NCBI GenBank assembly: GCA_964652685.1
Contig: CAZZBS010000013.1
Coordinates: 2,933 to 66,932, forward strand
Length of the DNA: 64,000 nucleotides
Reading direction: 5' to 3'
Source: an uncultured Lentimicrobiaceae bacterium
GTDB taxonomy: Bacteria; Bacteroidota; Bacteroidia; Bacteroidales; SKPS01
Shown: positions 1 to 7,391 of the stretch, piece after piece
Layout of the letters: the number at the start of each line of letters is the position of its first letter
How positions within the stretch are numbered: the stretch's first letter is position 1
Translations under genes and position numbers: made by a program
The notes under the pieces: model-generated
Told to the model about the DNA's origin: nothing
Database searches by the model: none
The model's input: the letters and a program-made list of their open reading frames with translations, nothing else

Positions 1-2391
1 GTGCAATAAGTCATTAAAATATTTTGACTTTGTGTTTTTTAAATCAAAAACATTCATTTTTACAAAATCAAAAAGTGGTTTAGGGTTTACATCAAGTTTG
101 TACGACAAATTTTCAAAAACACTTTCGCTACCAACAGAATAACCATTTATTGCCCTACTTGTTGACAAGCAATTCAGATCTATACTTCCAAAGAGTAGTA
201 AATCCAGTTGCTTTGAATTTACCTTCAAATATTCTTTCTTGTTGAAGAAAGGAGATTCACCGACAACGCTTTTCACTTCCTGTAATTCTTTTGAATTGAA
301 ATTGTATTGCTTTCTGATTTCAAGTTCAATTTTTGATTCTAAGAAAAGCCGTTGATAATCGTTTTCAATATCTTCAATAATTAACCTTTCAAGAAACAAA
401 TCAAGGTTTTTGATTGCCGAATAATTGAAGTGTTTAAACTCAAAGTTTGGTAATTTCTTTTGCAGATATTTTTCTTTCAACTCTAGGCATTCTTTACTTT
501 TCTCTGCAATGAACTTTGAATCCAAAATATTTTGAGCGACAGGAATTTTAGAAATGTAGCCAGCACTGATTGTAAACTTAGGATTGATAAGTTTCAAAAG
601 GAAAGTTGCAATCCTTGAATTCAGAAAAGCAAGGTGAGCATACTTATCACCTTTTAAAACCTGAATGCCTGGACCTGATGCAATAAAAACTTGATTCTCT
701 TTCAGCACTCTGACATTTAAGCCCAAAGTTCCAGTATCACTGTAAACGAGTTGTGTTGTTGGTATTTTATCAATGTTCCTTAATGCACTTCCCTTATTTG
801 CTTTTATGATTTCTGCATTTTCACCCCAATGCACTTTGTAATAATTCAAGCCAGCCCATTTGCTGAAACCACCGCCTTTGCTAACCAATTTCCAATCGGG
901 GCTTCCGTTTACTTCCCAAGCAAATTTTACAAACTCAGTATTATTTCCTGTTGAAGTTCCTTGCATCGGATTTGCAAACTCAGAGTAAAGTTGAAGCTCT
1001 TGAATGTTTTCAAAACGATGTTCTAATTGATAGTTGAATTCAAGGTGACTGTTTTTCAAAAACTGATTTTGGTTCAACTCAAAAGTCAGTTCAGTAGAAA
1101 TATTTTTATTTGTTACCAAACTTATTTTCTCTGCAATATTTTTGAATTTCAAATTGTAAAACCTTGTAGTTTTTATTGCAGAGTTTCCAATTACACATAA
1201 AGCAACATTTGTTTTCTCTCCGTTAATATCTTCAAAAGCATTGCTTCCTAAATCAATGCACTCTTTCATTGTTTGCTTTGCTAAAAATATTTTTCTGAAA
1301 TCTTTGAGTGAAGATAAATACATCCAGTTGTTTTGCGACACAACACCCAATACATCTTTCTCATTCATCAACTGAATAGTACGTTGAATGAATGACGCGC
1401 ACAAATCACCTTTACTTTCGGGATAGTTTGCAAGCAAATAATTTTTCAGTGAAGTGTCCATATCCCGTTTGCCCATAAATGGAGGATTGGTTACAAATAC
1501 TTTTATTTTTTTTTCTTTATCGAGCTTTTCTAATTCAGTTTTAAAAGTTGCTCTGCCAATTGCATTTGATGTAACGTGAGGATTTATGAAACCCAATTTG
1601 TCATTTACAACTCCACCAAAAATTTTAATGGGAGTTGATTTGCATGGAACTGCAAATCCGCAAGCTTTGACAAACAATGACAGTGAGGCAATTTTAGAAA
1701 GATTTGAATCCAAATCATAACCGACAATTGAACTATTCAAAATCGTGTCAACAATCTTTTGGCTTGTCCAATTCAGTTTTGACCTTTTGTAAAGGTTGTA
1801 AAGGTGTTCAAAAGAATAATTCAGGAAATTACCACCACCTGAAGCAGAATCAATAACAACAATTTTTTGAATATCGGATTTATCAAAGCCTGACAATGAT
1901 TCATTAACTAAATATTTCACCATGTATTTATCAGTAAAAAACTGAGTGGTAAAAAGTAAATCTGAATCTTCAATTTTTGCATTGTCTTTTCCGATTCTTT
2001 TGAATGCAGATTTCTCTAAATCCTTTTTTAAGAATTGGTAAGACCAAGAAATAATATCATCAATATCATCATCTATTTTTTCAAATGCAACTTTCAATTT
2101 TTCAAAAACAGAAGAAAGCAGTTCAGTTTGAAGTTGAGATTCTATTACAAGAAAAATTTCAAACAGTTCTGGAAATCTTTGTTTAACAAGTTGGATTTCT
2201 GTTTTGAATTCAGAATGATAATCAGCAAAAGAGATTTTCACTTTGCCAGCATTGATTTGCTTATTTCTCAAAGTGAAAGTTGCAATTAAAACAGAAAAAA
2301 AGATGCTCAAGTCCTGCACAGGAATTTTCTTTTCCATCGGACTTAAACTTCCAATGAAGTATGCAATAAGACTTTTGATCTTCTGTTTCAC
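1..2391 (-). CDS. pglX: PglX/BrxX-like N6-adenine DNA methyltransferase, 3'-truncated by the window edge (797 codons visible; not in the ORF track)
   Basis: I translated the minus frame by hand: GTG at 2391, no stop down to position 1. It has PglX-type motifs in order: ISWSYQF, TTQFFTDKYMVKYLVNESL, motif I DSASGGGNFL (1831-1851), motif IV NPPFMG (NPPF at 1477-1488), YPESKGDLCASFIQR, QNNWMYLSS, DLGSNAFEDINGE, QGTSTGNN, KGGGFSKWAG. Confidence 0.8.
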   Translation of the reverse strand, partial: MKQKIKSLIAYFIGSLSPMEKKIPVQDLSIFFSVLIATFTLRNKQINAGKVKISFADYHSEFKTEIQLVKQRFPELFEIFLVIESQLQTELLSSVFEKLKVAFEKIDDDIDDIISWSYQFLKKDLEKSAFKRIGKDNAKIEDSDLLFTTQFFTDKYMVKYLVNESLSGFDKSDIQKIVVIDSASGGGNFLNYSFEHLYNLYKRSKLNWTSQKIVDTILNSSIVGYDLDSNLSKIASLSLFVKACGFAVPCKSTPIKIFGGVVNDKLGFINPHVTSNAIGRATFKTELEKLDKEKKIKVFVTNPPFMGKRDMDTSLKNYLLANYPESKGDLCASFIQRTIQLMNEKDVLGVVSQNNWMYLSSLKDFRKIFLAKQTMKECIDLGSNAFEDINGEKTNVALCVIGNSAIKTTRFYNLKFKNIAEKISLVTNKNISTELTFELNQNQFLKNSHLEFNYQLEHRFENIQELQLYSEFANPMQGTSTGNNTEFVKFAWEVNGSPDWKLVSKGGGFSKWAGLNYYKVHWGENAEIIKANKGSALRNIDKIPTTQLVYSDTGTLGLNVRVLKENQVFIASGPGIQVLKGDKYAHLAFLNSRIATFLLKLINPKFTISAGYISKIPVAQNILDSKFIAEKSKECLELKEKYLQKKLPNFEFKHFNYSAIKNLDLFLERLIIEDIENDYQRLFLESKIELEIRKQYNFNSKELQEVKSVVGESPFFNKKEYLKVNSKQLDLLLFGSIDLNCLSTSRAINGYSVGSESVFENLSYKLDVNPKPLFDFVKMNVFDLKNTKSKYFNDLLH

Positions 2392-2393
2392 AA

Positions 2394-2714
2394 TTATTTC
2401 TCCTTTGATTTTTTAGCGTAAATAGTTAATTGTTCATTGACAAGTTGAATCGCATCGTAAGTAGTTTTGTTTACACCATACTCTTTCAAAATCTTTTCGG
2501 CAGTATGCTTTACTTTCAAACTTGCTTCTGACACTTTGTAAAACTTGGCTAATCGTTTTAACTGTTCACTTGTAGGTAATCGTTCTCCTCTTTCAATTTT
2601 ACTGAGCATCGGAGAATCAATATCAGTCCCTTTTGACACCTGATGAAGTGTTTCTTCTCTTTGTTTTCTTAACTCTCTTAGATATTGGCCTAATTCTGAC
2701 TTAAATTTATTCAT
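2394..2714 (-). CDS. XRE-family helix-turn-helix transcriptional regulator
   Basis: LGQYLRELRK...TLHQVSKGTDIDSPMLSKIERGERLP is a classic XRE HTH. ATG 2714 is preferred over the TTG at 2747 because it follows a -7 promoter box. Its stop is 2 nt before the MTase start. Confidence 0.85.
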   Translation of the reverse strand: MNKFKSELGQYLRELRKQREETLHQVSKGTDIDSPMLSKIERGERLPTSEQLKRLAKFYKVSEASLKVKHTAEKILKEYGVNKTTYDAIQLVNEQLTIYAKKSKEK

Positions 2715-2718
2715 ATTG

Positions 2719-2748
2719 CAAAAATACGACTTGTCAATATTTGACAAA
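2719..2748 (-). promoter_or_regulatory. Bacteroidota sigma-A promoter (TTTG..18 nt..TATTTTTG) overlapped by a perfect palindrome TTGTCAA-N3-TTGACAA, a candidate XRE operator
   Basis: Plus strand CAAAAATA at 2719-2726 reads as TAnnTTTG on the minus strand, 4 nt before ATG 2714. The inverted repeat is at 2731-2737 and 2741-2747. Confidence 0.6.
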
Positions 2749-2799
2749 AATATACTGTTTTGTTTTATTATTTCTATTTATCAGGAAAAAGTTTTCAAC

Positions 2800-2925
2800 A
2801 ATTTTATAATTTAGCCAACGCATTTGCAAGCACATTGCCAAAGCCCTACGAGCCAACGCTTCAACCAAAGCTTTGTCAAAGAGCTTGCAAAGCCAACGCA
2901 CCAAGAAAAATTGTTTTATAAAATT
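2800..2925. repeat. Three AGCCAACGC direct repeats bracketed by a 10-bp inverted repeat
   Basis: AGCCAACGC at 2813, 2851 and 2891. AATTTTATAA at 2800-2809 pairs with TTATAAAATT at 2916-2925. Confidence 0.6.
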
Positions 2926-3050
2926 TGCCGACACTTAAAAAAATAAAAAACGCTGACACACAAGCCGACCCAGACAGAGAAGTAGAATGTGAAAATGACA
3001 CGAAAACTGAAAAACGACAATGGCTTACAAGACTGGAAGACAGAACACTA

Positions 3051-3179
3051 GGCGGTAACAGGCGGTATATTTTATTGCCGGGAAAGTGCGTGTTTCAGTA
3101 TTTCTTCATCTAATAAACTTTCATGTATCTTGACAGGTAAGTGCTTCGAAATCGGCAACAAAAACATACCGCCAATCCG
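3051..3179 (+). mobile_element. attC-like (integron cassette recombination site-like) imperfect hairpin whose right core lacks the TT of GTT
   Basis: GGCGGTAAC (R''-like) is followed by the arms GGCGGTAT 3061-3068/ATACCGCC 3166-3173 and TTGCCG 3075-3080/CGGCAA 3153-3158. It ends AATCCG|AT where GTT would be expected. Confidence 0.5.
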
Positions 3180-3358
3180 ATATCCTGTGCACCTTCGATG
3201 GCAAGCATTTCTATAAGGGAAGATATGCCAACACTTCTGACATTCTGTACACTTATGATGGTAAGCACCTGTACCGGGGCAGGTATGAAAACAGCAGCGA
3301 CATATTGTTGACCGTTACGGGTGCCATACCCGTATGCTTGTTTCTTGTGGTTATGTGA
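3176..3358 (+). pseudogene. 3' remnant of a 20-aa tandem-repeat protein gene; 5' part missing at the island junction
   Basis: Reads SDILCTFDGKHFYKGRYANT-SDILYTYDGKHLYRGRYENS-SDILLTVTGAIPVCLFLVVM*, with no start codon or signal peptide. Same architecture as the intact 24802-25242 protein. Confidence 0.7.
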
Positions 3359-3367
3359 GATCAACCG

Positions 3368-3703
3368 TTAGTACATCATATGCTTTTTATTCTGGTTCCG
3401 CCATCCTGCCTGTGATTCATACTCCACAAAGTAGATTTTCAGGTCGGCTTGGCTTTCGTAATCCACGAAGTAGATTTTTTTCTTTGCCTGGCTCGCATAA
3501 TCAACGAAATACCATTTGCCATTGTTCTGACCTGCCTGACTTTGGAATTTCACCTTGTACACCTTCAGGTCACACTAGCTTTCATATTGCACCACAAACA
3601 CTTTCACATCCGCCTGACTCTGGTAATCCACCGTGTACACCTTCTGTGCTTTGGTGGCGGTAATGGTGAACAGCAGTACCGGTAAAAGAAGCATCGGTTT
3701 CAT
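3368..3703 (-). pseudogene. DUF6150-like secreted 13-aa repeat protein interrupted by an in-frame TAG
   Basis: ORFs 3575..3811 and 3368..3562 share a frame and read ...VFVVQYES*CDLKVYKVKFQSQAG.... The other repeats have YESQAD, so the TAG at 3575-3577 replaces a Gln codon. Signal peptide starts at ATG 3703. Confidence 0.75.
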
Positions 3704-3953
3704 GGTGGAAGCGGATTGATGTGCTTCAAAGGTAAGCATTTTTTGGTGTAATGGATTCAGTGTACCATCTTTCATACTTTTTACCTTTCTAACAGAAATA
3801 TATACAGACATATAGAATTAGTCTTTGCTGACAGCCAGCCCGCTGATGTCAGATGGGACTCCGTCAGGAGTAATAACCCCTCTTTCAGCAATAAAGCTTA
3901 CCTTTGTGCTCACTATAGTTCATAGAGATTCAACCATCATAAAAGATATCCAA

Positions 3954-4442
3954 ATGACAACTTCTGTTATCACTGAGCAGGAAATATTTGACATACAGCA
4001 GGCATGGGGAGAAGGTGTTGTAAAAATCGGAAAGGTTTATGCTGAAAATGGCGATTACAAATCAACTGCTGTCGAATTCATTAATGTATTTTACAATTAT
4101 CAGGAAAGTAGTGTTTTGTTTAAGCCGACGCTTGTGTCGGAGAAGCAATTTCGAACTGAGTTTGACGGAGCGTTGTCCTATTTTATTAGTGGGGATGAAC
4201 ATTACCCCGAAGACCATGGGTTTGCCATAAAACCCTGGAGTAAGGTCCGCTGGGAAAATATTGGAATAAGAAGCATTGGCAATATGGCTGTTGCAATGGG
4301 CAACTATTATTTCACACCTGCAAAGGAAGGGGATGATGTGAAAGCAGAATATTCATTTGCATACACGAAAAACAGGGAAGGCAAATTAAAAATTATTCTG
4401 CATGACTCACATTTGCCCTATAAGCCTGTAGAAAAACATTGA
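3954..4442 (+). CDS. COG4337-like (iota-class, SnoaL/NTF2-like fold) carbonic anhydrase candidate
   Basis: AWGEGVVKIG, VLFKPTL, GALSYF, YPEDHGFAIKPW, AMGNYYF, and C-terminal LHDSHLPY (family typically LHHSSLPY). ATG 3954 chosen as the start. Confidence 0.65.
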   Translation: MTTSVITEQEIFDIQQAWGEGVVKIGKVYAENGDYKSTAVEFINVFYNYQESSVLFKPTLVSEKQFRTEFDGALSYFISGDEHYPEDHGFAIKPWSKVRWENIGIRSIGNMAVAMGNYYFTPAKEGDDVKAEYSFAYTKNREGKLKIILHDSHLPYKPVEKH

Positions 4443-4606
4443 AAATATCCTGAACTGAAACAAGGTGCCGGAAATGTGACAATTGAAATTGCCGGTTACA
4501 TGGGGATCTAGGGATCCCGACTATTTGTTATAAAATCAAACTCCTGAACTTCAGTTACCTGTTGGTATTGATTGCCCTGCTTTGAATCAATCGAAAAAGT
4601 GGATGA

Positions 4607-5731
4607 TCATGGCTTCAAAGGAATCTCGACCCTGAAGGTTGTCCCTATGTCCGGTTTACTCTCCACCGTAATGGTTCCTTTGTACAATTCAACCATCTTT
4701 TTAGCAATAGACAGTCCTAATCCACTTCCGGTAATATGCTTTGTCTTCTGGTTCCTGATCCTTACAAAATCCTGCATCAACATTCCCATTTCCTCCTGTG
4801 TCATACCTATACCTGTATCCTCAACAGTGATCGTTACAGATCCATTGCTTTTTCTCAGGTCTATAAATACGCTTCCGTTCTCCTTGTTATATTTTACAGC
4901 ATTTGAAACAAGGTTATTGAAGATGATCTCCATTTCATTTTGGTCGGCATTTATAATAATGCTCTCATCACCTTCGAGGGTTACTGTGATATTATGTTGA
5001 ATTGCCAGGGGTTCAACAGTATCGGCAACATTCCGTGCAATATCCACAAGATCAACAGGATGGATGTCTCGTTTTTTAACGCCTGACTCCATGCGCGTAA
5101 GGTCAAGCAGATCGAGAATGAGGCCACGCATCCCCTTGATCCTTTCAATAGACCTTTCTATCATCTCCATGTAATCATCAATCTGATTGCCGACCTGTTT
5201 GTCTTTCATTATTTTCAGGTATCCTTCAACGGCATTTATCGGTGATTTCAATTCATGAGACAGTACCGAAAGGAACTGAAAGCGAACACTCTTTCCCTCC
5301 TCCTTCATGCGGCGGGTCATCCGGCGCAGATAAAGATGTTTGGTGATGTTTTCAACGGATGTCTTCAGTTCCTGTGGGGTGAATGGTTTCGGAACAAAGT
5401 TATATGCTCCCTGATTTGTAGCTTTTATTGCCAGTTCCAGTGATGCGTAAGATGTGATCATGGTTACTGCAATATCGTAGTCTTTGTTTTTGATGTATTC
5501 AAGAACCTCAATACCCTGGATCCCCGGAAGTTTATTGTCCAGCAGGACAATGTCGATATTTGTGCTGTCGATGATTTCGATGGCTTTTTCACCGGTACCT
5601 GCCTCAAGGATATCATACGTGAAGTCCTCTTCCATGAATGGGTAGCTTACGGAATAATTCCGAAGGGCCCTCACGATGCTCGAGATTATCCCGGGTTCAT
5701 CGTCAACGACAAGAAGTTTTAACTTGTTCAT
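4607..5731 (-). CDS. Cytoplasmic hybrid histidine kinase (REC-HisKA-HATPase)
   Basis: N-terminal receiver (LVVDDE, LLDNKLPG, KP), H-box SHELKSP, N-box NLVSNAVKYN, G1 DTGIG, G2 GSGLGL. Confidence 0.9.
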   Translation of the reverse strand: MNKLKLLVVDDEPGIISSIVRALRNYSVSYPFMEEDFTYDILEAGTGEKAIEIIDSTNIDIVLLDNKLPGIQGIEVLEYIKNKDYDIAVTMITSYASLELAIKATNQGAYNFVPKPFTPQELKTSVENITKHLYLRRMTRRMKEEGKSVRFQFLSVLSHELKSPINAVEGYLKIMKDKQVGNQIDDYMEMIERSIERIKGMRGLILDLLDLTRMESGVKKRDIHPVDLVDIARNVADTVEPLAIQHNITVTLEGDESIIINADQNEMEIIFNNLVSNAVKYNKENGSVFIDLRKSNGSVTITVEDTGIGMTQEEMGMLMQDFVRIRNQKTKHITGSGLGLSIAKKMVELYKGTITVESKPDIGTTFRVEIPLKP

Positions 5732-6006
5732 ATACTCGGGGTTTATAATAATATTTGTCAGATCTATCGTGCAAAAGTGATGATAAATTGTGTACCGGTT
5801 TGTATAGTTTCAGGATTGGAATTGGGTTACCCGATAGTCGTCCGTTGTGCATTTACACTGTATTAGTGGAAGGTCCAGCCCGGTAGCTTTTCCCGGAGGT
5901 TTGGTGATGAAAAATGGTATAAACAGCTTTAAGTTCAGCAGTACAACTATTATGGCTTTCAATCGTGACATTATTACCTGATAACGATAAATCCTGAAAA
6001 AAACAT

Positions 6007-6029
6007 GGCATGGAAAAAAGTTCCATGCC
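6007..6029 (-). terminator. Rho-independent terminator after the receiver gene
   Basis: Perfect 9-bp stem GGCATGGAA/TTCCATGCC, with a U-run on the minus strand (AAAAAAA at about 5997-6003 on the plus strand). Confidence 0.7.
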
Positions 6030-6052
6030 CGTTTTCCTGCCATACGGAATTA

Positions 6053-6550
6053 TTATCCGATATGTTTTTCAATTTCATATAGAATTTTCTCAGCATCAAT
6101 AGGTTTCCTGACAAAACCCTTTACAGGAAACCAGTGTGAATTTCCTTGTTCGTCCATGTAATCAATACCGGCTGTATTGTCTACCACATTTTTTACCAGT
6201 ATTACCCTTAAATCTTTGAAATCGGGATTTTTGCGATATTCTCTTGCCATCTCCTGTACACTTGATTTGGAGGTCATAAGAATATCAATTGATGACTGAA
6301 TAAGGAAAGGGATATCTTTGAACTCATCACTGGAGAGCATCTGCCTTGCAAGTTCAAAACCTTCGTAAGGTGTTGTCATCATAACGTCAAGAATGGCAAG
6401 ATCCGGCTTTTCATTCCTGAGCATTTCAATACCCTCTTTACTGTTGCAGGCAGTTATGACCTGATAACCTTTTGATGTAAGAATGGTCTTAAGGGTGAGC
6501 AGGATATCTTCATCATCGTCAACAAGAAGGATTTTTTTTGTATTTTCCAT
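6053..6550 (-). CDS. Single-domain response regulator with an internal insertion
   Basis: ILLVDDDEDI, ILDVMM and RKP receiver motifs; no output domain. Confidence 0.85.
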   Translation of the reverse strand: MENTKKILLVDDDEDILLTLKTILTSKGYQVITACNSKEGIEMLRNEKPDLAILDVMMTTPYEGFELARQMLSSDEFKDIPFLIQSSIDILMTSKSSVQEMAREYRKNPDFKDLRVILVKNVVDNTAGIDYMDEQGNSHWFPVKGFVRKPIDAEKILYEIEKHIG

Positions 6551-6657
6551 GCTATATTTTATTTGGATTTATTATTTAAATATTTATCATTAAGGTTATT
6601 GTATGAATACATACTTGTTGGCAGCCGTGTAAAAAATCCAGGATTTCCTTGTTCAAC

Positions 6658-7116
6658 CTACCAGACTTCAGTATATGCAGCATTGGTATAAATATTTTCA
6701 AGGCGCACTTTATGCCCTTGTTCCATTATTGCAAGCTGAAGAAATACCTCCTTTTCATTCTGATTTTCGATGGCATCAGCAAATCCCTGATACATCAACA
6801 TTGCCTCCTCCTCCTTTTTCATAGCCAGGGCAATTCCTTCTGCAAACGACATATCGGAAGTGAGAGGTGGGAGCTCTGTTGATTCAGCAATCTTATAGTC
6901 TGAGGTACTGGCTTTGAAGTTTAATTTCAACGACTCGTTCATGACAAATCCTTCGAGTGTCCGCTTATGGTTCAACTCCTCTTCGGCAAGTTCACGAAAA
7001 GTTCCTTTGAGATTATCTGACTTGGCTTTCAGGGAAGCACTGAGATAGAATTCATAAGCCTCTATTTCGTTTTGGATCGCCATTTTTAGTATCCTGTGAT
7101 AATCCGCATTGTTCAT
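6658..7116 (-). CDS. Rubrerythrin/ferritin-like diiron protein
   Basis: AIQNEIEAYEFY, LAEEELNHKRTL, AMKKEEEAMLMY, EQGHKVRL (ExxH pairs). Start trimmed to ATG 7116. Confidence 0.85.
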   Translation of the reverse strand: MNNADYHRILKMAIQNEIEAYEFYLSASLKAKSDNLKGTFRELAEEELNHKRTLEGFVMNESLKLNFKASTSDYKIAESTELPPLTSDMSFAEGIALAMKKEEEAMLMYQGFADAIENQNEKEVFLQLAIMEQGHKVRLENIYTNAAYTEVW

Positions 7117-7203
7117 GTTGTTGTTATTTTTGGTTAAGAAACTCTTGATTGATAAGTCATTCAAATAAATAAACGAAGAGTTAGATATTGGGACAAAAAT
7201 AAA

Positions 7204-7244
7204 AAAATGTATCATAACAATCAAATTCCGGGGCGATACATTTT
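7204..7244. promoter_or_regulatory. 10-bp perfect inverted repeat with a 21-nt spacer in the divergent fdh promoter region
   Basis: AAAATGTATC at 7204-7213 and GATACATTTT at 7235-7244. Confidence 0.4.
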
Positions 7245-7391
7245 GCATCATATTAGGAATGATTTTAAATAAGCTGTCCTGAGTGCCAATCATTACTAAT
7301 TTTGGGTTTTTTTTGTTTTGTTTTCTAATTTTGCTCATTGTACCCATACGGTTCATCAGTGGCAGAACTTAATCAACAAATTCATAACATC

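Noticed and set aside
1506-1514. A9 tract in pglX as a phase-variation switch
   Set aside because: Nine A/T bases are unremarkable in such AT-rich DNA, and the frame is intact.
2035-3364. ORFs 2035..2289, 2734..2934, 2925..3113 and 3110..3364
   Set aside because: They are antisense to real genes or run over the repeat/attC-like region, with no protein-like motifs.
3173-3374. Alternative model: a 189-bp insertion splitting the attC-like site (removing 3176-3364 gives CATACCGCCAACCGTTAG)
   Set aside because: The GTTAG is simply the reverse complement of the DUF6150 stop region, and insertion of a bare gene fragment into a hairpin is less parsimonious than truncation of a resident gene. Not fully excluded.
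3575-3577. Genome-wide TAG-to-Gln recoding (code 15) or pyrrolysine
   Set aside because: Other genes end at TAG at their natural C-termini (24802, 59307, 63017), and no pyl genes are seen.
3825-3900. Nested CTGACA/TGTCAG and GCTGA/TCAGC inverted repeats upstream of the carbonic anhydrase as a riboswitch
   Set aside because: I could not match them to fluoride, c-di-GMP, ZTP or Moco riboswitch consensus; an Rfam search is needed.
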